From assembly GCF_009914755.1 (NCBI RefSeq), contig NC_060935.1: a stretch of DNA of 64,000 bases. One strand, written 5' to 3'. Shown here piece by piece: positions 1 through 13,570 of the stretch. Source of the DNA: the human T2T-CHM13v2.0 reference genome, Homo sapiens. Within the stretch, counting starts at the first letter, position 1. Every line of letters begins with the position of its first letter. The position numbers and the translations under genes are program-made. Below the pieces are notes generated by a model, which did not search any database, was not told where the DNA came from, and saw only the letters and a program-made list of their open reading frames with translations.

Positions 1-1035
1 TCAGTTTTCCTTCTAACAGCCAGGACCCTCAGCTACAGGTCTGTTGGAGTTTGCTGGAGGTCCACTCTGGACCCTGTTTTCCTGGGTATCACCAGCGGAG
101 GCTGCAGAACAGCAACTATTGCTGCCTGATCTTTCCTCTGGAAGCTTTGTCCCAGAGGGTCACCAGCCAGATGCCAGCCAGAGTTCTCCTGTATGAGGTG
201 TCTATTGGCCCCTACTGGGAGATGTCTCCAAGTCAGGCTACATGGGGGTCAGGGACCCACTAGAGGAGGCAGTCTGTTCATTATGAGAGCTCGAAGGCTG
301 AGCTGGGAGAACTTTGCTCTCTTCAGAGCTGTCATGCAGAGATGTTTAAGTCTGCTGAAGCTGTGCCCCTGCTGTCCCTTCCCCCAGATGTTCTGTCCCA
401 GGGAGATAGGGGCTTTATCTATAAGTCCCTGACTGAGGCTGCTGCCTTTTGTTCAGTGATGCCCTGCCCACAGAGGTGGAATCTAGAGAGGCAGTCCGCC
501 TTGCTGAACTGTGGTGGGTTCCGCCCAGTTTGAATTTCCTGGCATCTTTGTTTACACTGAAGCATAAAACTGCCTACTCAAGACTCAGCAATGGCAGATG
601 CCCCTCCCCCCACCAAGCTCAAGCATCCCAGGTCAATCTCATACTGCTGCACTAGCAGTGAGATTTTCAAGCCAATGGATCTTAGCTTGCTGGGCTCTAT
701 GGGCTTGGCACCCACCAAGCTAGGCACTGGAGGGAATCTTCTGGTCTGCTGGTTGCCAAGACGATGGGAAAAGCACAGTATCTTGGCAGGAGTGTACTGT
801 TCCTCCTGGTACAGTCTCTCACAGCTTCTCTTGGCTAGGAAAGGGAAATTCCCTGATCCATTTCACTTCCTGGGTGAGGCAACAGCCTGCCCCGCTTTGG
901 CACACCCTCTGTGGGCTGCACACCCTGTCCAATCAGTCCCAATGAGATGAACCAGGTACCTCAGTTGGAAATGTAGAAATCACCTGCCTTCTGCGTCAGT
1001 CTCACTGGGAGCTGCAGACTGGAGCTGTTCCTATT
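1..1035 (-). mobile_element. L1PA (older primate, approx. L1PA7-10) 5'UTR; element continues left of the window
   Basis: Reverse complement of L1PA 5'UTR motifs (gtttgctggaggtccactc, cctcagttggaaatg, ggagctgttcctattc at the 5' end); CpG-decayed. ORFs at 51-950 are spurious. Confidence 0.85.
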
Positions 1036-1039
1036 CCAC

Positions 1040-1841
<802 letters not shown>

Positions 1842-3035
1842 TATGTTAGACCATTCTTACATTGCTATAAAGGAATACCCAGGACTGGGTAATTTAGAAA
1901 CAAAAGAGGTCTAATTGGCTCACAGTTGTTCAGGCTGAACAAGCATGGCATTGGCATCTTCTTGACTTCTGGAGAGGCCTCAGGAAGCTTTTACTCATGG
2001 TGGAAGGTGAAGTGGGAGCAGGCATGTCACACAGCCAGAGCAGGAGCAAAGTGTGGGGAAGATGTCACAGACTTTAAAATAACCTGATCTCAAGATAACT
2101 CACTCACTATCACGAGGACACCACGAAGTCATGAGGGATCCACCTCCATGACCCAAACACCTTTCATTAGGCCCCACCTCCAACATTGGGGGTGACATTT
2201 CAACGTAAGATTTGGGTGGAGACAAATATCAAAACTCTATCATTCCACCCCCATCCTCCCCAATCTCATGTTTTTGTCACACTGCAAAACACAATCATTC
2301 CTTCCCAATAGCCCCCCAAAGTCTTAATTCATTCCAGCATTAACTCAAAAGTACCAAGTCCAAGTCCATAGTCTCACCTGGAGATTAGTTTCTTCCATCT
2401 ACAAGCCTGTAAAATCAAAATGGGTTATGTACTTCCAAGAAACAATAGTAGTACAGGCTTTGGGTAAACATTCCCTTTATAAAAGGGAGAAATCAGCCAA
2501 AAGAAAGGGGCTATAGGCCCCATGCAATTTCAAAGCCCAGCAAGGCAGTCATTAAGCTTTAAATCTCCCAAATACTCTCCTTTGACTCTATGTCCCACAT
2601 CCAGGGCACACTGTTGTAAGGAGTGGACTCCCAAAGCCTTGGGCTGCTCTGCCCTGTGACTTTTCCATGCTTAGGTTGCAAGCTCAACCATTCTGGATTC
2701 TGGACTGTAGCAGTTGCCTTTCTACAGCTCCACTAGGCAGAGCTCTAGTAGGGACTCCGTGTGGGGCCTCATTAGAGGTTCTCTATAAGGGCTCCACCCC
2801 TGCAGCAGGCTTCTGCCTGGGCATCTAGGCTTTCTCATACATTTTCTGAAATGTAGATGGAGGCTGCCAAGCCACCTTCACTCTTGCACTCTGTGTACCA
2901 GCAGACTTAATACCACATGGAAGCTGCCAAAGCTTATGGCTTGTGCCCTCTAGAGTGGCAACCTGAGCTGTGCCAGGATCCCTTTGAGCTGTGGCAGAAG
3001 CTGGAGCAGCCTTGGATGTGGGGAGCAGTATCCAT
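1842..3035 (-). mobile_element. MST (MaLR) LTR (~1842-2242) plus truncated internal sequence
   Basis: MSTA-like LTR text (cattgctataaaggaatacc, aattggctcacag, gatttgggtggagacaaatatcaaaactctatca), followed by the polypurine-tract complement ttccacccc and MaLR internal sequence. Confidence 0.85.
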
Positions 3036-3036
3036 T

Positions 3037-5005
3037 GCTAGAGAGGTAGTGTGATCTTTTGGGTGTGTTGCAACACTCTTTTTTTCTATGATCCCAGAAT
3101 TCTTATGCTGTTTCCTTTTTGGATTTACTTTTGTTTGGATAGAAATTTATTCCCCTCTTGAGGGTGTGACTATAAGATATATTGTGTAGGGTCCTTTGAC
3201 TTTGCTTCTGGGTACTTTCAGGGGGCCAAATCTATGAATTTTTTGATGATAGCCTTAGTGTAATGGTTTTCTCAAATACTATTCTTTGTACATTGTAGTG
3301 GCAGTGGATTGGGCATGTGAGAAGGATCACTGCCTCCTGCAAAGATGAGCAGGGGGAAGTCTCTTATTTTATTCCCCAGCATTGTGCACTTCTGTCAGCA
3401 GGGATTGTATTGGGTTGTTTAGTTTTACCTACAGGTCAGTAGGTGGCACTTGCAGATACAAGCCAGCTGAGCACTGGGCAGTTGTGTGGGCAGTTAAATA
3501 AGCTGTGCAGGTTGACTTCTAAGCCAGTAGGTGGCATTTCCAAGAGAGAGGGAGCAGTGGGATTTTTCCTTGGATTTTGTTCATTACAGAAGGTCTGGGT
3601 GTCTCATGTAAGGGGTGGGGCCATGGAACTCCCAGGGCTCCCTGTCCTGTGCTCTGCTGCTGCAGTAGTTGGATGGGGCAAAGCCAGGCACGGCTGGGTC
3701 TGGGAAGTCCTGAACCAGGATCTCCAAAGCTGGTGCAAGTGCTGATTCTGCTGGGGGTTTGGGGTCAGGTTTCAGGCTACTGGAGCAACCCTCCAGGAAG
3801 GGGCAGAGCCACTTCTGCTGCATCAAAGCACCTTCATGCTAGAGGGGAAGGGTGGCCATGAATCAGCAGCTGGAAGTGGCAGTGGGACCTGCTCCACCCC
3901 CAAACCTCCAACCCCATGGGTTTCCCTACAGCATTAGGCCACCAACAGCTGGCCAGAACCTCTAGGCACATCCTAAGCTGTCTGTGTTCAGATGGAAAAG
4001 CCTCCCCAGGCCATGAAACTCCTTGTCTGGGGCAGAAACTTTGGCTCTCAGGCCACACCCTACCTGGTCTGGTACTATGAAGGGAGGGGTACCCAGTTCC
4101 TGTACAACAGTATGAACCCACACCACACTCTTCTCTCACTTCTGGCTGTGGGGGGCTCCAGATCAGATCAGATCAGATCACAAATCTCATCTCCATGCTC
4201 CTGGATGACATGCTTGAATTGTGCAGTGATAGGATCAGGCCAGCAGCCTTGCCCTTGGGGTTCCTGGACTCAAGTGCTGGCTGTGTTAGGGAGGGAAAGC
4301 TGGTCCCTGGCCACTGGAGGAACACTCACGTAGGGCAACAGTGGCTGCACTGTGGGCCTGCCTCTTAGAAGGGTGGTCCTCTCTCCATAGGAATGGCTAG
4401 GCAGACAGCTTTGGGAGAGACTGGCAGACATGGGGCATGTGGTCCAAATGACCTCAGTCCCACAGCAGAAGCAGTGGAACCTCTCCTTGAGGCATGTGAG
4501 AGCCCCTGGCCTCCCCTCTCAGTACCTGGCCCAGCAGCCAGCAGTGGCAGTGGCAGCCTCAGGGCAGGAAAGAGATCCCTGGGGAATGGGCTCCTAGAAT
4601 GGCACCATGCTGCAGCTGTCCAGTGCTTAGAAGCTTGTGAGACTCCATGTAAGTTTGAGAAGCACCTGTGCATGATGTCCAGGCAGCTCTCTATGCCAGT
4701 CCAGAGGCCTATGGGGTTGAGGGACTCTCCTACAGCTAGGATTATGGAATTCTGCAGCAGAAATATGGAGCTCTGGGGTTCCGTCACTTACCCCTTCTTT
4801 GGGTCTGGGGCAGCTCTTGGCTCCTAGCAACCCCAAACAGGTAGCCCCATATCTCCTTCCTTCACCCTCAGTGTCTCCTGTTGTCTCTTTGTTGAATTCC
4901 AGTGCTCTTTCTCACACGATCTGTTTAAAGTGTGAATATCTACTTGATATTGGTTCCTTTCTGTGGAAGAGGTGTACCCCAGCTGAATCTAGTCAGTCAT
5001 CTTGT
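3037..5005 (-). mobile_element. Old L1 (L1PB/L1MA) 5'UTR
   Basis: GC-richer antisense L1 5' region ending tctagtcagtcatcttg, the reverse complement of the caagatggc-type L1 start. ORFs at 3443-5035 are spurious. Confidence 0.65.
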
Positions 5006-5480
5006 AGTTGCATATTTTTAATTGTAAATTTTTAATACAATGTAGCATCTCATAAATGTATTAGTTTTAATAGTTTATAAATTTTGATTTGCTACACACA
5101 CAAAATTATTGTATGCAAATAATGACAGTTTAAAATTTTTCCTAGTCATTTTTATAAATGCCACTTATTTCTTTTCTTTGCCTTATTGCACTGGTTAGAT
5201 TCTCCAGCACAATGTGGAATAGATGTAATTATAATGGAAAGTTTTGCATTGTTCCTGACTCCCAGAGAAAGTTTTTAGTATTTCCTCATTAAGTACAATG
5301 TTGGCTGTAGGGTGTTTGTTAATAGGCTTTATCCTACTGAGGAAGTTCTATTCCTAGTTTTCTTAAACTTTTTAAAAATCATGAATGTATGTTAAATCTT
5401 ATCAAGTTTTTTCTCTATTTACTGAATTGATCATATTTTTTTCTACTTAATTTTGTTCATGCAGTGAATTACATGAATTG

Positions 5481-5780
5481 ATTTTTTTTTTGAGACAGGG
5501 TCTCACTCAGTTGCCCAGACTGGAGGGCAGTGACACAATCACCAATCACTGCAGCCTTAACTTCCTGGGCTCAAGCTATCCTCCCACCTCAGCCTACCAA
5601 GTAGCTGGAACTATGGTACATGCCACCACACCTGGCTAATTAAATTTTTTTTTTTTTTTTGGTATAGATGGTGGTCTCAGTATTTTGCCCCAGCTGGTCT
5701 TGAACTCCTGAGATCAAGCGATCTGCCCACCTCAGCCTCCCAAAGTGCTGGGATTACAGTGTGAACCACTGCATGTGGCC
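5481..5780 (-). mobile_element. AluJ
   Basis: gagacagggtctcactc ... gggctcaagctatcctcccacctcagcc, AluJ-type wording. Confidence 0.9.
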
Positions 5781-6130
5781 ATGAATTGATTTTGAATGTG
5801 AAATCAACATTTCATTCCTGGGACAAAACTTACTTGCTCATGATACATTATTATTTTTATATATGGCTGTATTTTATTTGCTAAATATTGGGTTTAGAAT
5901 TTTTGTGTCTGTGTTAATGAGAGATATTTATCTGATATTTTTTCTTATAATGCCCTTTTTCATTTTCTCTAATCCCTTAAAATGTTGAGATAAAATTGGT
6001 AGTATTTTTTAAAAGTGATATGTATAATTCACTGATAAAGCTACATGGGATGTAATCTGATATTTTTGGGAGAAGTCAGGGGAAATTTTTCAAGAGCGGA
6101 TTTAGCACATGTATGTTATTCAGGTTTTGC

Positions 6131-6131
<1 letters not shown>

Positions 6132-6162
<31 letters not shown>
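6132..6162. repeat. (TG)n microsatellite
   Basis: About 15 perfect TG units. Confidence 0.95.
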
Positions 6163-6164
<2 letters not shown>

Positions 6165-6184
6165 AGAAAGTTGCATTTTTCCAA

Positions 6185-6315
6185 AGAAATGATAAATGTC
6201 TGAGATAATGGATATGCTAATTACCCTGAATTAGTACTATACATTATGTGTATCAAAATGTCACTATTTACCCCATAAATATGTACAATTATTATTTGTC
6301 AATAAAAATTAAAAG
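6185..6315 (+). mobile_element. L1MA 3' end fragment
   Basis: gataatggatatgctaattaccctga ... taccccataaatatgtacaattattat. Confidence 0.75.
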
Positions 6316-8848
6316 TTGCTTAGTATAAATATTTTAAATTTGCATTTCTCTGGTTACTAATGAAGTTGAAAGTTTTTTCATACTAATGAAGTTGAAAGTT
6401 TTTCAAGAATGACCATTCATTCTTCTTTTGGAAATTGTTCTTGTCCTTTGCTCATTTTGTAGCTGAATGATTTCTAATTAACTTGTAAGACTCTTTGCGT
6501 ATGGAGGATGCATACATTTTCTTTATTCAATCAAATATTGTTTTTACAGGCATTTTTGAATGACAAAAAGTAGAAAACTGTGTTTTTCAAAGCAGAGGTC
6601 CATTTCTTTTTAACTGGCAAGGACATTAGCAAAATTCATTTGTAATGTCTTTTTATTATCTTGTTAAGATCTGTAGAATCTACAGCATAGCCTTTTCATT
6701 GCTGATTCTCATAATTTGTTTTTTTTCCTTATATTTTAAAACCAATTTTGCTAAGGAAATTAGTTTTATTAATTTTTACACAAAACCAACCCTTATCTTT
6801 ATGTATTTTCTCTATTTTTAAATTAATTTTATCTCAAGTATTTCTGTCTTCTACTTACTATTCATATCATACCATGTTTTATGCATTTATTTTGCTCTAC
6901 TATTTCTAGCTTCTGGAGATGAAAGCTTAGTTCATTTCCTTTAATCTTTTTTATTTTATAATAATTGCATTTAAAGCTATATATTTCTCTCTGAGCAATT
7001 CTTTAGCTGCCATCTAGTATTTTTTTGTTTTTACTGCCTTTCAGTTAAAATTCATTAAAAATTTTTCATTGGCACTTCTTTAATATATGAATAATTTAGA
7101 ATTGTGTTTCTTGATTTGTAAATAATTGGGGAATGTTTAGTTATATTTTTGTTATAAATTTTTAGTTGAAGCCTACTATTATTAGATATGTATTCTGTAT
7201 GGTTTAGTCCTTTGAAATGTACTGCATCTTGTACTGTGGCCCAGTGTATTTTCTATTGTGGCATGCGTTCCATGAGCACTTAGAGATAAATAGAATAATC
7301 TTACATTTGTTTTCTCTTTCCCCACTCCCTTACTAATACAACTTCAGCTAACCTGACTGAAACTGTGTGATAAACTCAAGACTTTTTAGGGAATAACATT
7401 GCTTTATTTGCATTCAAATCAAGTTTTCTTGATTTGTTCTGAAGTTAACGTTTATCGTCTTCTGGGAGTGAGTTCAGATGCCATCTGCAACACCACAGCT
7501 TAACCTTTCACAGTTGAGTTTAAACTTGAGTCTAGTTATAGGTCTAGAAGCAAAGAGGGATGATGAAGATGGGTCTTGAGGGAAATCAACATTGTTTTGC
7601 TGGGAAACTGCTTCAGGGAAGGACATATAATTTCCTCAGGCAACGCAAGGTTAAACTTTCAGTAGGGGTGAAGAGGTTTCTTCCACTAAGAGTGAAGGAA
7701 AGGTTCTACTAGAGGTGGGGAGGCCTCTTCAGCTGGCAAAGCAGGCTTATCTTTTCTCTGTTCCATCTTCTCAGTATCCTCCTTCTGAAGCAGAAACATA
7801 GTTTCATCCCCGACTGTTTTCTCTCTAATCTTCATCCTATATCAAGTTATTTTCCTCAAAATTCATTAATGTATCTTAAACTGTCTCTATTACTCTGCGT
7901 TAGTTTGGGTTTCTTAGATGCATATCTGAAATTGAGAATTTTTACAAAAGTGACTTATAAGGAGAAGGGGTTAAGGGAAGCTAACTATGGTAGAGGGAAG
8001 AAAGGACATGATCTCAACTGGAGTCTGGCTTCAGATGTGGTCTCAATTGAAGTCTGCCTCAATTGAGTCTGGAGCCGTTGAAGCTCTGGAGGATACATTG
8101 TATTATACAGCAACCTTTTAAACTTTCATGTCTGTTAGTCATTGGCCACTGCTGGGTCCTGACGGTGGGCATAATCTTCTGGGTGTTGCACCTCCTATTT
8201 TCTGTGGTGCAATTGTCCAGGGAAGGGTGGGGCTCTGAGCTGTTAGCAGCCCAGACACAGCAGGTGGGGCATGAATTCACTTACCAGGCAAAGGGCATTT
8301 GAGCTGGATGCAACAGTGTCCCTAAAATTCAGCATCTCTTGGGAGTCACCGAAGTTCAGACTCCCATTTATTCACACCTAAATCATTATAATTACCTCCT
8401 AGCTGTTCTTCTCTTGGGAGGCTTGACCCTTCAATCCATTTTCCATACTGTAGCTAGAGTTATCATTCCCAAAACAAATCCAACTAAGTTTCTTGCTAGT
8501 TTAAAAGTACTTTCACTATTTTCTCCATTGTACTTAGTATTTATTTTTAACACAATTATGAGACCCTTTTTGATCTTACCAAGATCCTATTTTCCAGCTT
8601 CATATCTTGTATTTTCCCTTTTACAACCTCAGTGTCCTACACTGGCACACAACGGGGGTTCAATAAATAATTGATGAATGAATAGATAAATTGATAATTA
8701 CAGTCATAGCAAATTGTTTGGGTTTCCTGCTGACTCTTTCTCATCTTCTGGCCTTTGTTACTTATTCCCTCTCATAGATGCACCTCTTAGCTCAACCTTA
8801 TGCCTACTTATTCTGCTGACCCCTTTTCTGCCTTTGGCTTCTGTTTTT

Positions 8849-9162
8849 TCTTTTTCTTTTTCTTTTTCTTTTTCTTTTTCGAGACAGAGTCTTGCTCCAT
8901 CAGCCAGGCTGCAGTGCAGTGGCAAGATCTTGGCTCACTGCAACCTCTGCCTCCTGGGTTGAAGTGATTCTTCTTCCTCAGCCTCCCAAGTAGTTGGGAT
9001 TACAGACATGTGCCACCACGCCCAGCCAATTTTTGTATTTTTAGTAGAGACACGGTTTCACCATGTTGGCCAGGCTGATCTTGAACTCCTGACCTCAAGT
9101 AATCCACCCTCCTTGGCCTCCCAAACTGCTGCGATTACAGGCATGAGCCACTGTGCCTGGTC
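8849..9162 (-). mobile_element. AluS with (TTTTTC)n tail
   Basis: Full antisense Alu; TSD GCTTCTGTTTTT at 8837 and 9164. Confidence 0.93.
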
Positions 9163-9526
9163 AGCTTCTGTTTTTGATGTCTTTTCATCTAGGCATCCTC
9201 TTTAGATCTCCTAGGTCTTTGTTGTGTGTCCTTCTAACATGCTTTCACAGCACTCTGTAATTCCGTGATCTTACTATTTATAGTATTATGTTGTAATTCT
9301 CTGTTCTCTTCTTGAAGTGTCTCAGAGTATCCTAACTTTTGTGAAAAGAGGACCCTGGTTTCTCTTTATTCACCACTAAGCCCCAGGAACTATCAATGTG
9401 CCTGATACATTCCTAGGGATAAAAAGTATTTGTTGATTAAGGAAAAAAGAATGCAAGGAATAAGTGGAATACAGTTATCCTGAAATTGCTTTGTGTGTAG
9501 CTATATAATTTGAAAAACAGCTTTTA

Positions 9527-9812
<286 letters not shown>

Positions 9813-11053
9813 TTAATATGAAAATGTTACCAAAAAGCAAACTGATTGCTAGAAAAATATAAACAGCCCATATACATAAGATAATAAAATTTTACTGGGA
9901 GTAGGAAAAATATCAAGATAAACTACATGTTCATATGCTGAGAATGCAGTTTCAATTTCTTTCTCATTGTTTCAATAAGAGTGAAAAAACGTGGTTTCCC
10001 TATGAGGTCCAACCAGAATTCTTAGTCTGAAGATAGAAAATACTTTCCTAGCCTCCACTACAACTTTTGCTTTATATTTTATTGAATTTATTCATTTTCA
10101 TTAATCCTTTTATTCATTGATTCTGTTTATGGTATACCAGACATGGTACCTTGCAGGAACTATTGTTATCTATCGGGCAAGTACTTTATGGAGTATAACT
10201 GTATATTTAATAAATAGAAATTTCTCCTTGATATCAAAACATCTTCTTTATTTGAACCATCACTCTTTCTGGTTGATTATCAGTATAAAAAGGGTAACAT
10301 GAGTAATACAAAATTGTTCTGAAGCCTACAAGGACATTTGGAATCATGGTATAAACTTCATTGTTTACCCATCAGATGCTAAATAGTTCTTTGCTTTTTA
10401 CAGCCCTGAAGTAGTTAGACAGCATAATATTTCAGAAAACAAAGGCCATTAATTTTGATATATAAACGTGAAAGAATTATTAATGAAAAAGTTATATTTT
10501 TAATGAACTAACATATACAATGTGTCCAGCATAGTCCTTGTCTCAATAAATGATAGCTGTTATAATGATCTGATCTTTCTGGCAGGGTATCATGGTAGTT
10601 AAGCACATGGTTTGGGAAATCAGTGAGATTCTGATTACTGTCTATTTTATACTTCTATTTTGACACTGTCCCCTTCTCTCAGTTTCCTCTTTGGTAAATG
10701 GGGATAAGAATAATGCCTCCCTCAGTTTGTTATGGACATTATTACTTAATATAGATATATTTATTTTATTACTTATTTTACATTTATTAGAAGGAAGGCC
10801 TATGAGTTTCATATATATGGATGAAGCTAGTGAAACTAAGCCCCAAATTGGTAGAATTTTCCCAGTTTGTGAGAATGATACACGGTTAGGTTTTCTCCTT
10901 TTTCTTGAACCCATTTTGACTCCCCTCAAGGCATCATCTATGGATCACAGTGGTTAATTATTTTATTTATCCAATAAGTATTCCTTGCTGACATTACCCA
11001 AAATGTCCTTTTGACCCTTGCCTCAGCTGAATCATGTTGGGCTCCAGTCACAT

Positions 11054-11981
11054 TTATTTGACACTTGAAATAGCTTTCCTACTACACAATTTCCTAATGG
11101 CATTTTTCATCTGAGCATTCCTCAAGGTGTAGATTAAGGGGTTTAACATAGGAGTTATCATAGTGTAGAATACAGCAACTGCTTTATCAATGGGTAAAGT
11201 AGCTGGAGGTCTCATGTACACAAATATGCAGGGTATAAAGAATAAGATGACAACTGTGTTGTGGGAGACACAGGTGGAGAGGCCTTTGTGCCTTGCCTCT
11301 AAGCTGTGGGTCCTTAAGGAGTACAGTATGACCACATAGGAGACCAGGAGCAAGAGAAAGTTTAACAGGCATATGAACCCACTGTTGGCAGCAACGAAGA
11401 GTCCTAGAGTGTGGGTATTAGTGCAGGCAAGATTGAGCAAAGGGTTGAGATCACACGTAAAGTGATCTATGACATTAGAACTACAGAAAGGTAATTGGAA
11501 GATGAAGAGGATCTGTATGGTTGCATGAAGAAAGCCTCCCACCCGTGACACTCCCACTAGCAGGCTACAAACATGCTGCTTCATGATGGTGGTATAGCGC
11601 AAGGGCTTGCAGATGACCACATAGCAGTCATAGGCCATTACAGTAAGTAGGATGACCTCAACACCTCTGAAAAAATGTTCTCCAAAGACTTGAGTCATAC
11701 ATCCATTGAGTAAGATAGTCTTGTTTTCATAGAGTGAATCTGTGATCAGCTTAGAGACATTGACAGAGGAATAGCAGGCATCAATAAAGGACAGATAGGC
11801 CAGGAAAAATTACATGGGGGACCTCAATGATGGGCTGGCAGTGATGGTGACCACAATGAGCACATTTCCTATCATGGTGGTGATGTAGATGACAAAACAC
11901 AACAAATATGATTTTCTGCATTTTTGGATTCTCTGTAAGCCCCAATAGAATAAACTCTGTCACGTTGTTTCTATTCGCCAT
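11054..11981 (-). pseudogene. OR4C7P: OR4C olfactory receptor pseudogene, close to OR4C13/OR4C46
   Basis: Starts MANRNNVTEFILLG and ends RKAISSVK*. 928 bp = 930-2: a 2-bp deletion near 11895, plus PMY->PM* (TAA at 11812-11810). MAYDCY and [12 protein letters not shown] motifs present. Symbol inferred from remembered gene order. Confidence 0.92.
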
Positions 11982-12010
11982 GTATTTCAAATGGTGGCTA
12001 ATTACATTAC

Positions 12011-12030
12011 CTGAAAAGAAAACAATTTTT
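12011..12030 (-). promoter_or_regulatory. 3' splice acceptor of the OR4C coding exon
   Basis: ttgttttcttttcag|gtaatg, 29 nt upstream of the ATG; typical OR architecture. Confidence 0.7.
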
Positions 12031-12699
12031 ATTAATACATCTTTAAATTTGTTAAACTTCTCCATTGTAATTTGTAATATAATAAATTCTTGGATTCTAC
12101 TGGGTTGTGATTTGAGGATTTTTTCTGAGACAGGAAAAAAGTTTTGGGTTTTGGAGGTTTACTGAAATTTCCTCCCTGGTGAAAACTGTGCTAAGAGTTT
12201 TGACATGAGAAACTTTTGTAGCACACATGCAGGAGACCATCTGTGAACACTTAATCATCCGAAACAACTAAAAGTTGAATGATTGCACACATAGTGGCAA
12301 CTAAGCCTGAAAAGATTATAGAATATAGATGTAAAGCACATGAATGCAAAACTCAAAATTTGCTCTCTGTCTCTCTCTCTCTTTTTTTAGAAAATAATGA
12401 AATATGAAATGTTATGCACAATATGAGTGAAATGATAAAGAGGAATCTGAAGAAGGGGGATTCTTGGGATATTTCTCTAGTGAAGGTCTTTGTGTGTTTT
12501 TTGTGACGTGGGCTGAGATCCAGTAAGGAGCTGGAAGCCAGATAATGGAACTTAGTTAGCAGACTATTTAGAGTAGTTGACATAAGACTAACAGTGAATT
12601 TGTGGTGAAAATGTAAAGAAAGAATATAAGAGCTACTATAAAAGAATTCATAATCTATTGTCTAAGTCCTATTAACTTTATAATAGCTAATAATATACA

Positions 12700-13570
12700 C
12701 CTCTGAATAATTGCTATGAGCATGACATTGTAGAATGTGCTTTGCACACATGATCTCATTTTATCAATTTTACAGATGAGGACACAATCTCAGTGACTAA
12801 TATTAATAGTTATAGTGTTAATATTAACTAATATTTACTGAACACAGCATGTTTCAAGTGTTTTTACAGACATTTGCTTATTGAATCCTCACTGAAAACC
12901 TATGTATTAGTTACTATTGTCTTTTTACACTTATTTTACACATTAGGAAATAGAAACACATAGAAATTAAGTTTCCTCCCAAGATCGAGCAGATAATCAA
13001 GGCTGGACCCAATATTAAGTTTCAGATTATGCTTGTTAATTTTTTCCCTCCGAAGTCTTAACTCATGCCTTATATTGTTATAATAAACAATGTTGAACTT
13101 TTAATTTCCCTTTGATATGGCCATAATTTTTATAATTACTTTAATACTACTTCAGAGACAAGTTTATATGAAGTAACTTCATCAGCAGACAGACACACAC
13201 ACATAATGATATATTGAAACTCCTAAATATTAAGAAAAATGTGGTATTACATTCACTGAAGGGCTGTTTTTGCTTAGCCCCTCCCTCAGCACTATCCATT
13301 CCTTCTTAATCCCCTTCCAAAGCACGGGACCCTAGCCAGAATCTTCTGCAAAGTGTTAAAAACCATTATCACAATAGTTAAGTGTGTTAGTTTGAGAATC
13401 AGAAAGACTAGATCAGAATCCTCGTTTTTCCACCTATAACTTCTTTTACCTGGGGTATATTTCTTGGCACCTTCCATCTTAATCTTATCATCCATAAAAT
13501 GATAATAATATTCACCTCACATACTGTTATGAGAATTAATTGGGAGAACATATATGAATATATCTACCCT
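12700..13570. mobile_element. MIR fragments
   Basis: ttttacagatgaggacac, gaatcctcac, catccataaaatgataataata...gttatgagaattaa. Confidence 0.55.

Larger units (their letters stand above)
5100..7290 (-). mobile_element. Ancient L1M fragments
   Basis: Degenerate antisense ORF2 motifs (ccttattgcactgg, ttggctgtagg, tttgctaaatatt); boundaries approximate. Confidence 0.55.

Noticed and set aside
4160-4182. (AGATC)4 short repeat
   Set aside because: Trivial slippage inside an L1 5'UTR.
11781-12065. ORF with an N-terminal extension before MANRNN
   Set aside because: The extension reads through the intron and acceptor, and the His-rich tail is the frameshifted OR frame.
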